From assembly GCA_951406725.2 (NCBI GenBank), contig OX597814.1, positions 86,924,001 through 86,988,000 on the forward strand: a stretch of 64,000 bases of DNA, written 5' to 3'. Made by a program: the position numbers and the translations under genes. Each line of letters begins with the position of its first letter. Position 1 is the first letter of the stretch. The notes under the pieces are model-generated. The model worked only from the letters and a program-made list of their open reading frames with translations, made no database searches and had not been told where the DNA came from. Below, piece after piece: positions 24,661 to 36,805 of this stretch. This DNA is from Octopus vulgaris (taxonomy: Eukaryota).

Positions 24661-26519
24661 ACTCCTTGTTAACAGTTTGGCCAGAAATAACTAAAATGAT
24701 AACTTTCTCATTTCCTGTGAACATACATTATCTCTTTACATTATCACTATGTATGCATATCACTATATATATCATATCACTATACATGCAAAGATCCATG
24801 AATTGTATGCTATGTTAACAATAGCAGCCTTATATTTTCTATGAATAACTAAATATACACCAAGGAAATTTGGTCAATCTTGACAAATAACAAATATTTT
24901 GGTACTTAACAGCTACTGTTTGAAATGCATCATACTATTGACCACTACTGCCATTTTTGAGAATACAAGCCTTCTACTGTCATTATCATTGCTGATCTTA
25001 TCATCATTAGTTCAAACCTTGCTTTGGTATGTTGTCATGGCTGGGATGAACCTGAACCAAGTGGATACTCTGTGATAGATTCCTCTCAAATAATTACTTT
25101 ATCAGATCATGTTCAGAATGAAGACATCTACTTAATTGATAATCTATTTTCTACCAAAATTTTCTAAACTCTGGCTTGTTGTCATGGTATGTCTGTTATA
25201 TTGAACAAATGCAGTTTTAGTTTGATGAGTACAACCTTAACCTTGTGAAACTCAATTCTCCTACCAAACATCCTTGTATTACCCTGGCATATCTATCTAT
25301 TCTTCACTTATTTGGTCTAAGAGGATATTCAACAGCCTTCTAGTAATCTGACAATGAGAGAAACAATACTCTGCTTTTTAACTTTGGCTTCCATAAATAG
25401 ATATTTGTGAAATATTTGTAACATCTAGTCATATTATAGATTTTTATGGTAATTTACATGAAATTATTTGTGCCTAATAAACTGCATGATATTTACATGA
25501 TATTGCTTTGCCTGGTAACTGCAGTCTAACTGTTTGAAGGCAAATTCACGGCTAAAAGACATATCACTGTGTTTTATTTGGTGACTCCAACCTACACCCT
25601 GTTGTCTACTATATAGATAAAGAGGATGACATATAAGCGGTGCTTATTTGAACTTTTGGCATCCAGACATTACAAGTGAAGAGAGAAAGCTAAGGAATAA
25701 ATCTTTCCATAAGTTAATCAATAACTTTGAGATGACCTTTTGAAGAATCTGCTGAATATTATACTAGGTTCATATAGTTATGTTGTCTACTCAAACTATA
25801 GATTTAAAAGTATGTCACATTCTTTTTACAAATATCTTCTATTACATACACATCACAGCTATTCAGATTTTTTATTTTCACAAGCATTTTCCTTTCTCTT
25901 TGTGAAACTTTATTTTCATTGATATAAAATCTTGTTCATGTGAATTTCTTTCTTCAATACTACATATTTATCAATGCCAAGAATCATTAAATGACTAGCT
26001 GACTTTTACAAAAATCTTTTAACAACTACCATAAAAGAAAGACAATGTTTTAATAATGATTATTTTTTTTTTTATATACAATGCACATTTTTAAAGGGAA
26101 TGAAATATAGCTGATTAAATGAATTTCAGTATATCACTGGTACTTACTTTTATAGCTCTCTTTTACATAGTTTTTTAAGTCTGAGATAAGGAGCAGTTGA
26201 TGGGGAATGTTCTTGAGAAGGATATAAATAATGTGACTTTTTTTCTCATAATATAAGTGATGTGAGCTGGCTATATCCAAGAACACAAACTCACTAATAA
26301 TTTACTGCAATAAAGCCTAAATAATAGATTGAAGAACAAAGTTGTGTTATATAGAATATTGTAAAACCATATCCATGGTCTGAAAAATTGATTCATTAAA
26401 TATACAGTAATTAATAAATGAATTTACTGGGATTTTAATCCAGCTAACTAAGGTGTTAGATACGTAGTCTGAGTAATTATGCAGTCTTAATTGACTTAAT
26501 TAATTAACTTAATTGAGAA

Positions 26520-27308
26520 TTTGATCGAGGTAACAATATAGAGATAATTTGTGAATTAATATAGGTTTTGTCCAAGTAACTATAACATTGTTATTTGTGT
26601 CAGAGCTAAAATTCAAGTATAGATGGTTATAAAATGTTAATTATGGTCTGGGTAACTATAATGTTCCAATTATTGTCTGAAGTGAGATTTGAGTTTGATT
26701 TCACACATGCTTACACACACTCTAAGGATTCTTGCTTGTCTGATCCACCACTGACCAAACAGGCGCGAAAGAAATTTCTTTGTCTGGTCAAAAAATGATG
26801 GATTGTTTCCCTTCGACTTTTGACTTCAGCTGTATCATTTAAGGTTCAAATGGACAGGAGTTGACCTATTTAGGTACAGTTTTTCCAGTTGTATGTCTGT
26901 CCTTCTAGCTGCCGCAACTTTTATAAATACAGTAATCCCTCAAGGGACAGGCAGTGAAGTCAGAGACACAGAGAGAGAGACGCGCCACAAGATAGCCAGC
27001 CAGTAGTTTCTCAGATATTCAACATGAACGACAGGTGATATCGCAGAACCTAAACAGACACCACTGAATGACCAACGCGCACACACACAAAACATGTCCA
27101 GTTCTACCCTATCATATCTACAGTATGTACCCTGTTAATTCTTTGCCAGCTCAAAGCAGTTGGTAATGATGTGATGTAGTGAATATTTGTGGATACAACA
27201 AGTAAATCGCAAGTGTCGTTTAAATAAATTATTTAAACTACAAATTGATGTTTTTCCATTGTTTACTTTGAAGTTGTCCACATACCTATTTCATCTGTTA
27301 CCTCAACA
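26520..27308 (+). mobile_element. Possible solo-LTR-like segment
   Basis: Ends GAGGTAACA / TGTTACCTCAACA are inverted; internal TATAAATA (~26922) and AATAAA (~27223). No TSD found. Confidence 0.3.
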
Positions 27309-27340
27309 TCTTGTGCTACACCTTTTCCACTACACATACA

Positions 27341-28233
27341 CAGGTTATCCCAGAATTAACTATCTGTTTGACTGAAATCAAGCAAATTTTAAAAAAACTA
27401 ACAGAATTTTATGTTTAATACTTAATTATGATACCAAAACAAATTTATAAATCTTATGTCAAAATTTTATTGAATATTTTCAAAATATGCTCCATCTGTA
27501 TCCCTGCAAATTTTAAATTTATCCTTAGTGTTGTGAAATCTATTTTGAAGCATTTCAGGAGTTATCGTCTGCACTGCTAACTGAATGCATTCTTTAAGTT
27601 CAGCTAAACTATTGCTCCATCCTGCGGATGAAAGTAAAGAAAAATGGGTCAATATAAAGATCTTCACCCGTGAACAAAAACAAAAAAAACCCAGCCTGCT
27701 GGGTGTTAACATGTATGTAGAAAATGAATATGAAAAAAAATTGCGCTAACGACCCTGATGGAGGACTTTCGGAAAATTCACAAGATCCGATTTTTCTGTC
27801 ATAACTTTCTATAAAATGGATATATATTTATTTTTTTTATGGAATCCCACATTTTTGATTATGGAGGATCCAATTCTGAAAAAAAAAAAATTTCAAAATT
27901 GTATTTTCAAAATTTCAATCCCCCTCCCTTTCATTTTTCACTTTTTCTGGAAATTATTTTTTTGCGGATTATTTATTTTTTTTGTTCATGGGTGAAAATC
28001 TTTATATTGACTGAAAAATGATTGCAAATCCAATTGAAAAAAAAAATGCATTCCAACAGGAATGAAAATAAAATTATGAAAAAAGAAATTTATGAAAATT
28101 ATAAAACTATAAATAAAATTGCAAAATTTAAACACTTTTAAAACATATTAAACATGATAAACATAAATAAAAGTGAGTTTTTAAGAAAATTGTCCAATTC
28201 ACAGAAATAGATAGTTAATTCTGGGTCACCCTG
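27341..28233 (-). mobile_element. Tc1/mariner-superfamily deletion derivative containing a nested foldback element
   Basis: TIRs CAGG(T/G)T(A/G)(T/A)CCCAGAATTAACTATCT, with TA on the right flank. Remnant LAELKECIQLAVQTITPEMLQNRF...CRDTDGAYFE resembles a transposase C-terminus. The insert at ~27645-28015 is related to the 1-1160 family. Confidence 0.75.
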
Positions 28234-28404
28234 TATATATATATAATTTAAGTAATAACATGAGGGAAAGTAATATGTACATACAATTTAACACTCAAGG
28301 TTGACTGTAAGCCTAAAGCTCCAACTTGAACTAAAACTAAAAGCAAGGATGTTATAGCTGCATAATGATGATTAGATGCAGGAAGTTTATCAATTAAGCA
28401 TGTA

Positions 28405-28646
28405 TGAGCATAAAAGGATAAAAGTATAAACAAGCAAAACAACTGGCATGAGGTTAAATCATGACATTTATATATCTTTAAACATGATGTTACATGAGTA
28501 TAGATCATAAGAAGGAAGGAACATCTATTTACTTCCGTCTTTCTTATGACCTATACTCATGTAATATTATTTTTAAAGATATAAATGTCATAATCTAGCT
28601 TGGTACCAGTTATTTTTCCTTACTTATACTCTTATCCTTCTATACT
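28405..28646. repeat. Degenerate palindrome (MITE-like)
   Basis: TTACATGAGTATAGATCATAAGAA pairs with TTCTTATGACCTATACTCATGTAA; pairing extends ~110 bp per arm. Confidence 0.75.
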
Positions 28647-28711
28647 TGTGAGTGTGTGTGTGTGTGTGTATTTGAATGTACTTTGCTGAGTGGTTTCAGA
28701 GTTGTCTTCAT

Positions 28712-28910
28712 AATAATCCTTTCTGCTATAGGCACAAGGCCTGAGATTTGGGGTGGGAGTTAGTCAATTACATCAACCCCAGTTCTTGACTTGTTCTGAA
28801 AGGGACAAAAGGCAAAGTCAACCTCAGCGGAATTTGAACCCAGAACATCAAGACAGATGAAATGCTGCAAAGCATTTTGCCCAGTGTGCTAATGATTCTG
28901 CCAGCTTCCC
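28712..28910 (-). mobile_element. SINE family B
   Basis: AAAGGCAAAGTCAACCTCAGCGGAATTTGAAC...GCATTTTGCCCAGTGTGCTAATGATTCTGCCAGC. Confidence 0.75.
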
Positions 28911-29047
28911 AACTTACTTGGCCTCATAATAATAAAATGGCAAATTTGATTCCTATTTATTTATTGTGTTCTTGAACAGATCTCACTGCATTTCATGTTG
29001 TCTCAGTCTACACAGCTGAAAATGAGTACCAGCTGACTACTGGTGCA

Positions 29048-29079
<32 letters not shown>

Positions 29080-29194
29080 CAAGTGTTCACATTCTCAATG
29101 TTCTACAGTTGTCATACTAGCTACCAGATCATATGCCCTTTCAAGTGATGGCTAAGCTTTATACACATACATAGATCCATATACACACACACAA

Positions 29195-30390
29195 TCATTA
29201 TCATCATCATCATCATCATCCTCCTCCTCTAAAGTTGGTTTTCCATGCTGGTTTTCTGTGATGGTTTGACAAGAGCTAGCCAGCCAGGGAGCTGTCCAGA
29301 CTCCAGTTGTCTTGTAGCATAACTGATATCCTCACTGTTTGAGAGACATATTAGAAATGATCTTGTGCTAGATAACAACCATCTTTGGCTAGTTTGACCT
29401 TGTTGTGTCCACTGCCGTCAACTTCAAATATGTACACAGCACTCGTTCAGGTTTAAACTCCACGCTGTTGTGAATATTTCACCAAGGTAAACAGTTCTAG
29501 TCTACCTGAAAGAAATTCCTGTATCAAGAGATTTGGCATGGCATTGAAACCCCAAACCGCTACACTACATGTGTCCAACCAGCATTCTGTCTCGTGACCC
29601 CAACATCTTGTTACAGAACTATTGCTATATTGTGCCTCACTTACAAACTGGTAAATTAATTCCATCTTAACTCAATATGCTGATCTTATGCTCTGTATTC
29701 TGTTTTATACGCATACACCTTCTGTCGCACACACAAACTTACAGACACAAAACACTTGTTGCATGCACACAGACACTCCTCTTTGCTAGCACTCACACAC
29801 TCTCTCATTGTACACATTGTAAATAAAGTTTTCTTCTCTCTCAAACAGTAGAACGGTTGTCATCCTCATTATTTCTTTTGGAACTGTATTTTATATTATG
29901 TATTTGGCTTCTTATTTTGTTAGGGGCGGCCATGTGGCATTTTAAAGGAGACATTTGTCACCAACTCCTTACATACGGTCGTATACCCTACAGTCTGTTT
30001 TGACATGGTTTCTATGGCTGGATGCCCTTCCTAAAGCCAAAAACTTTACTGTGTATGTTGGGTGTATTTTACATTCCACCAGTACGGGTGTCTTTATGCA
30101 GCATTGACACAAGTGCATTTTATGTGACACTGGCACGAGTGCATTTTACATGGCACCAGCACCTGTAAAAACATGCCTGTATGTATGGATGACTGTCATT
30201 TTACCTAGCTTGACACATTTCAATTACAACAAATCATCACAACTCCCAATCCTTTGTCATTTCCTCAGTGAGGCCCAGTGTCTGACTGTCCTTTTCACCA
30301 CTTTGTCCCACGTCTTTTGGGGTCTACCCCTTCCACAGTTTCCCACCACAATTAGAGATCGGCACTTCTTTATGTAGCTGTTCTCATCCA
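29195..30390 (-). mobile_element. RTE 3' end fragment interrupted by a solo LTR
   Basis: (CAT)n tail at ~29195-29220; the sequence resumes after the LTR and reaches the RGRPQKTWDKVV coding region at ~30290-30340. Confidence 0.8.
29313..29992 (+). mobile_element. Solo LTR (680 bp) with a 4-bp TSD
   Basis: TGTAG...CTACA termini; GTCT duplicated at 29309-29312 and 29993-29996; AATAAA at ~29822; removing it restores the host RTE tail. Confidence 0.85.
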
Positions 30391-31116
30391 TACACATACA
30401 TGTATATTAGTGAGTGGGCAAATGAAAGAAAATGTCTCTCAACACATGTGATAGAAGTTGCATGTATTGTTTAATGACAGTCCGACTTAGCTCCATGCAA
30501 CTTAAAGTTTCATAGGTTCATAAAACAAACCTAGCTCATCAGGCAATTGGGATTCAAGTAACAGGAAATGAAGCAAATTCATGATGGTTTCTTGATGTTA
30601 GGCCTCTATAGGTCAACTCAAATCATGTGGTATTATTGTTATATAGATACGCATACACACACACATGCATATATTTATATATGAGTACATACATATATAC
30701 ATATATATATATATACATACATATATATGTGTGTGTGTCTGTGTACATACATACAGACACACACACACACATAATTTAGTCAGTAATATGATCAGTTTGG
30801 CAATATTTTATCACATTAATAGACAGACCCAGATGGAGCTTATTCGCCTGTTGTTGACAATCCCATAAAACAGTGAGAATATATCCTGTATTATAGCTTT
30901 ATTTCATATGTTGAATGTTGTTCAAATTGAAATTCTGAAGATGTGAATGAATTCTAGTTTTATTGCATTTATTGCATGAATTGCAAAACTGTGTATGTAA
31001 TATGAAATAAATAATGTTAATTTAATTGGTATCTAGATATTTTCAACATCTCAGCAACTATACATATACCTGCTGCTTTCTCTGCTTTCATATCTTAAAT
31101 GGCCATTAGGGCTACA

Positions 31117-31319
31117 TATGAGTGGATGCTCGAAAGTTTTTGGTTTTAAGGTTGGAGGCCCAATCTGTTGAGTTTTTTTACAAGGCTTAGAAAAACTGAA
31201 GGACCACTTCAAAAAGTGCATGAATCTGAGTGGGGAATTAGTTGAATAAAATTATAATTAACTGATCTTCCTGTATTTTATTTTACTCAAAGCCAGGAAC
31301 TTTTCAGCACTCCCTCATA
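31117..31319. mobile_element. mariner-type MITE
   Basis: TATGAGTGGATGCTCGAAAGTT vs AACTTTTCAGCACTCCCTCATA, TA-flanked; related copy at ~43118-43320. Confidence 0.6.
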
Positions 31320-32159
31320 ATTGTTTACTTTAATAGCTGGTTCCTCTCTCATGTATACTTGTAGTAGTTCCTCTTCTTTACAAGCATTTCCCACATTTAA
31401 CAGTCTCTTGTAATAACATTTTTGAACCTCTATCTTCTTATTGTTATTGAAGATAAGTGCGTTAATGTCACTCACTACCAAATGAATAGACAGAATGTTT
31501 GGACTTATCACTACTAAAAGAAAAAAAGTATAAACTTAGATCTGAGCATATCTACTCATGATTAGGAAAGAATATTTAAAATTAGTGATTATTAATTAGA
31601 ACTATAAAATTATTTTTATTACTAAACTGAACACAATTCTTCAGTTAATTATTGTTTTAAGCTTTTCCACACATAGAAGAAAATTTCAGCCATGCACTAA
31701 TGCAAAATATTTTACAGTAATATCTTGTAATACTTTACAGAAATATCTTGTTTATGTTTCTGTGGCTGGAAAATAAGCTGTGAAATATAAAATGTTAGGG
31801 TGAGATAAAAGCAAACATTTAAGTGGCTGACACACGAAAAAGATACACTTTTATTTAAGCTTAAATTTAAACAGAATATAATTTGTTTTTTTCTAAATTG
31901 AGTGTCATATAATGACAAAGATGTATGTATGTAAAATGAGGTTGAGTATTTAGATTAATAGTTTGAACTATTTTCAGTAATATAGATAATGACTGCTTTT
32001 TTCATGTGATAACATAACATACATACATAAGTACTTACATACACACATAAATATGTTTATGCATACATTCATAAATACATTTAAATATACATAAAACATA
32101 TATGCACACATATGTACAGACATACATTTATTCATACATACATGCATACATTTATGTGT

Positions 32160-32290
32160 ACTTACCTACCTACCTACCTACCTACCTACATACATACATA
32201 CATACATACATACATACATACATACATACATACATACATGCATACATACATACATACATACATACATACATACATACATACATACATGCA
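32160..32290. repeat. (CCTA)n(CATA)n microsatellite
   Basis: Direct observation. Confidence 0.95.
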
Positions 32291-32913
32291 AACATAAAAA
32301 AATAAGTATTGCACACACACACACAAACATTTTTCTCCAATTTTTAAAAATCTAAATGCTCTCAAATATAGACTTACAATTACTTAAACTTAAAACATCA
32401 TTATTGGTATATAAATTTGTATATGTAACTGTTCAGATACTTATATTTAGACATACACACACACAAAGTATTCTTTTTTTTTTTTGTAAATTCTCATATG
32501 AACTTTTATCTTTTACTTGAATAAACATTTCACTTCTATCCAGCCTGATTGTGGATCCACAAACTCAGGAGCACTTCCATATTAAGTATTATATCATATC
32601 TATGAAAAAACCCAAAGTCAAAAGTCAACAGAACAGCTGCTTGACATGTGGCCTAAATTTGTTATTATTGCTGTATATTATTTCTGCTGTAGATGTCACA
32701 CACTTTAATGCTTTTGTGAAATGGTTGTGTATTACACTTGCTTCAAAACTTTATAAAGCATAATATTTAACATTCTCCCTGTAATCCTTTTATGGATCAT
32801 TTTTGCCCTCCTGTCTTCATTTCCATTTGATATCTTCTTCATGGTCATCTTGAATAAGAGTGATGCACTGTATCATATCCAACAGTAGATAACAAAGTCA
32901 CACTAAATAATAA

Positions 32914-33350
32914 TCTATTATATAAAATCGTTCTGTCTGTCTGTCTGTGTGTATGTCTTCTAGGATCTCGGGCATTCTCCATCTAATTGCGCTCAAATTT
33001 GATATGTAGATACCGATAATATCAAGGCATGTATAAGTCTTGAAAAAATGACAAAAATCGATTCCAGGTGAGAATGCGATCGATAAAGCCTGTGGGAATG
33101 TGCTTTTCTTCTGTCAGCCTGTACATAACTGCACCTTCCATTTTTTGTTGTTTTTGTACTGCTTAAATGCATGTTTCTTTCCTACCAAGCTTACTGTTTA
33201 AACTATGTTTGTGTTCTCTCAGTCAACAGCCTTATCATTACTGGTACTTTAAACTCTTCGGTTGCATATTTATGTGAATAAAATTGTTTTTCTTTGGAAT
33301 AGAAAAAAGTCTATCTTTATTTCTTCTTTTGCTGGTGTCTCAAATTTAGG
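32914..33350 (+). mobile_element. Helitron-type 5' end fragment
   Basis: A|TCTATTATATAAAATCG followed by (TCTG)n, like the other Helitron 5' ends here; no 3' CTAG hairpin found. Confidence 0.5.
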
Positions 33351-33582
33351 TTAAATCAGTGTTTCTCAAAGGGGAGGCCTATGGGACAGTCGGACAAATT
33401 GTTTTGAGAAAATTTGGTTTAAATGTTTGACAACTTAGCACTGTCCGTTTTACTCGTGATATATAATTTGAAGAAATCTGAAATTCTGTACCAGCAAAAA
33501 AGTTGCTGCTATATTATTTTGGATGAAAGAGTTGAAATGACAAAATGTAAGAGATGAAGGCTGTAAGCTGTGGGAGAAATTA

Positions 33583-33985
33583 TCAGGTGGTATCAAAAAG
33601 TTTTCAGACTAGTGCTGTATTGCACCAACAGATGGCAGCACGCAGTTGTGTGCACAGCAAGAGCTATCAGTGACCTTCGTGAGGCAGTGTGCCAAGTGAC
33701 ATTGTTGTGTTTACTTTGCATGTTGTGAAAGTTGTGGTTTTATGATCATGATCATGTAGTCTGCAATTTTGTCATGGAAAGGAACAAAGAGCCAATGTGA
33801 AATTTTGCGTTAAACTTTGAAAGTCTGCTACAGAGACATTTAGCATGCTTTGGCGAGCTTACAGTGACTAAGCAATGGGTCATATGCAATGTTTTGAGTA
33901 GCAAGGGAACTTCAAAAGCAGAACATCCCTGGAAGACAATGAGCAATCTGGAAGATTTGTCATGAGTGTCATTCCCGAAAATATA
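33583..33985 (+). mobile_element. mariner 5' fragment
   Basis: TA-CAGGTGGTATCAAAAAGTT-like terminus; EQRANVKFCVKL*KSATETFSML helix-turn-helix N-terminus. Confidence 0.7.
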
Positions 33986-34744
33986 GGGAAAGGAAGATGG
34001 GGAAAGGACTGAAGTGAGTGGACACAAGTAGAATGTGGTGATGTTTGGAGGATATGTTGTGGAGAAGAAATTTGGCCAGGGCACATGTATGCAGTACACT
34101 GTATGTAGGCTGGTTTACAAGGGTATGAAGGGAGAGTGAGAGATAGGTTGGTTGAGAATACAGAGGTGGTGAACATGGGTAGGGGGAGAGTAAATGTTTA
34201 GGTTGCCTGGAGCATGAATGGCATCCTTTTCTAGACTTGATTTCACTTGATTAGACAAATCTTCTCAAGCAATAACAAATCACCAATCACCTTGGTCCTT
34301 TGTCACATTTGTGAGGCTCAACATCTGAAGATCATTTTTTACCACTTCATCCCACATCTTCTTAAGTCTTTCTCAGTTGGAGGTTGTTTAATGGTAATTA
34401 TATGTATATTCTATTTAACAGTGAAATAGTTATTATAGATTAATAGTAAGAGTTTAGGTAAATTTTTGAATGGTATAATCTCAAAATGGAGAGATCAATA
34501 GATTAAATTTATACTTATATAATGGTATATATATATATATATATAAAGTGAGATTCAGGTAAAAACCTTGTAGAATGTTGTACAAAGCTGGACCTCAATT
34601 ATTGGTTACTTGATGTCATCATGCAGTATAACTGCACCTGCTACAGGATATACTTTAGGAATTTCATAATGTCCATAGAGTATATATATATTGTCAGTAG
34701 TTCATATATCTGAAAAAGAAGCACACTCTACAGCATTAGAGTAG

Positions 34745-35450
34745 TAATATATCTTTTTAGGAAGTTAAAAGTTATGGCTGGTCATAGATTGACCATTGGT
34801 TTCAAGCTATAAAGCACCTGATAGGCAACTCATCAGACTCAAATGGTTGGAGGTGTATAATCTCTCTACAATTAGAGGAAAAAATATGTAATGGTTAGAT
34901 GATTTTGTAAACAAAAAATAATTGAGTGTGCTCCTGGTAGGATGTAGTTATACCTCTTACATCAGCTCTGGTTGTGGTAATATTTGAAGGAGTTGTGGCA
35001 GGCCTTTTCAACAAATAGTGAATTCCATGTCTGAAGTAGAAAACATTTTAGATGAGGGCATTGACTGATACATCTTTTCTAGAGTTTAAAATGGTCCCTG
35101 GGTTGAGTGATTTTTTTTAGGATTCTTGCCCTCTCTGCCAAGCAACGCTTACATTGTTTGGTCCTGTGTACATAAGTCCCTGATTGTTCAAAGAGCTTCC
35201 ATTTAATTATGTATGGGTTCCTTCCTCTTTTAAGTGCCATACATGGCTGGCTTGGGACAAGTTGTTATACCTTTCTGGTACCCTTTAATGGACAATCACA
35301 GGTCCTCTTTCTTCCTCTAGTTGTAGAGAGGTTATGTGTCTTCAGCTATTTGTGTCTGACCAGACACCTATACTGCTAAGCGCTTTATGGGTGCAAAACC
35401 TATAGTTACTCTATGACTGGTCATAACTTTCAACTTCCTAAATATATATA
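34745..35450 (-). mobile_element. Penelope-like element 3' fragment between inverted ~100-bp repeats with hammerhead-like motifs
   Basis: Minus strand IKWKLFEQSGTYVHRTKQCKRCLAERARIL...LNSRK...ISQCPHLKCFLLQTW is homologous to 49855-50045; ~34750-34850 and ~35345-35448 are inverted. Confidence 0.7.
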
Positions 35451-35454
35451 TAAT

Positions 35455-35597
35455 AAATGGTTGATGTTAAGAAGAGCACCCAACCATAGAAATCATGCCA
35501 AATCAGACTGGAGTCTGGTGTAGCCTTCCAGCTTGTCAGCCCTGATCAAACCATTCAACCCATGCCAGCATGGGCATTAAATGATGATGATGATGAT
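35455..35597 (+). mobile_element. RTE 3' tail fragment
   Basis: CAACCCATGCCAGCATGG...TTAAATGATGATGATGATG. Confidence 0.75.
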
Positions 35598-36180
35598 CAT
35601 CATCATTTAGCGTCCGTTTTCCATGCTAGCATGGGTTGGACGGTTTAACTGGGGTCTGTGAAGCCGGAAGGCTTCATCAGGCCCAGTCAGATTTGGCAGT
35701 GTTTCTACGGCTGGATGCCCTTCCTAACGCCAACCACTCCGCGAGTGTAGTGGGTGTTTTTTACGTGCCACCTGCACAGGTGCCAGACAGAGCTGGCACA
35801 ACGAACACGAGCGGATGGTGCTTTTACGTGTCACCGACACGGGGCCAGACAGAGCTGGCAAACGGCCACGAACGGATGGTGCTTTTACGTGTCACCGGCA
35901 CGAGGCCAGCCAAGACTGGCAACGAACACGAGTGGATGGTGCTTTTACGTGCCACCGACACGGGGCCAGACAGAGCTGGCAAACGGCCACGAACGGACGG
36001 TGCTTTTACGTGTCACCGGCACGGGGGCCAGCCGAGGCTGGCAACGAACACGTACGGATGGTGCTTTTACGTGCCACCGACACGGGGGCCAGACAGAGCT
36101 GGCAAACGGCCACGAGCGAATGGTGCTTTTACGTATCATCGACACGGGTGCCAGACGAGGCTGGCAGCGGACACGGATAT
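35597..36180 (-). mobile_element. Young RTE 3' UTR copy with a 7-unit ~61-bp tandem array
   Basis: Tail CATCATCATTTAGCGTCCG; units start at 35753, 35817, 35878, 35938, 35999, 36060 and 36122; AATGATGATGAT on both flanks (TSD-like). Confidence 0.9.
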
Positions 36181-36223
36181 ATAATGATGATGATATGTAT
36201 ATGCACACACACACACACACACA

Positions 36224-36774
36224 CTAGCTGAATAGCCAGTCATTGCGGGGCAACTTTTATAATAAAATGTCTTATATAAATTTTTGTTTATTCCATGTCA
36301 CACCATGCCTTTCCCTTCAAGACAGATTTGTGCAATTTTTCACCAAAATACTTTGTTGAGGAATTTTTCATTTTAAAATTATTTGCATGTTTGTTGAACC
36401 ACTTCCCATGACTTTATTCATTAAAGCTTATTAAAACTTCAGAAGTTCTTACAACATTGGTTGTAGTAACGCTTTGCTTTCGTTTGTTTAATAAAAATTC
36501 TTCCTCTTAATGATTTTGCTTTCATTTTGTGATCGACTGCTATCATGCAGAAAATGCCAGCTTCCAAATCCTGTTTTCTGATTAGGTAACAATAATTATA
36601 CTTTTAACCTCAATAACATTTTTCAGTAATTTTTATGGAACAAATAAATAATCAAATCGGATTATATGTGGAAAATACTAAATTTGAAAATTTTTACATA
36701 ATTTTAATCTCAAAATATGTAACAGCAACAGGGAAGACTCTACAAAAGTAAAGAGACAGACGGTTATAAGACGT

Positions 36775-36805
<31 letters not shown>

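Noticed and set aside
35753-36180. CRISPR-like repeat-spacer appearance
   Set aside because: The variable parts are homologous to each other (A/B alternation), the context is eukaryotic, no cas genes are present, and the array belongs to an RTE 3' UTR.
35636-36231. Overlapping 138-182 aa ORFs
   Set aside because: Artefacts of a GC-rich tandem array on the antisense strand of the RTE UTR.
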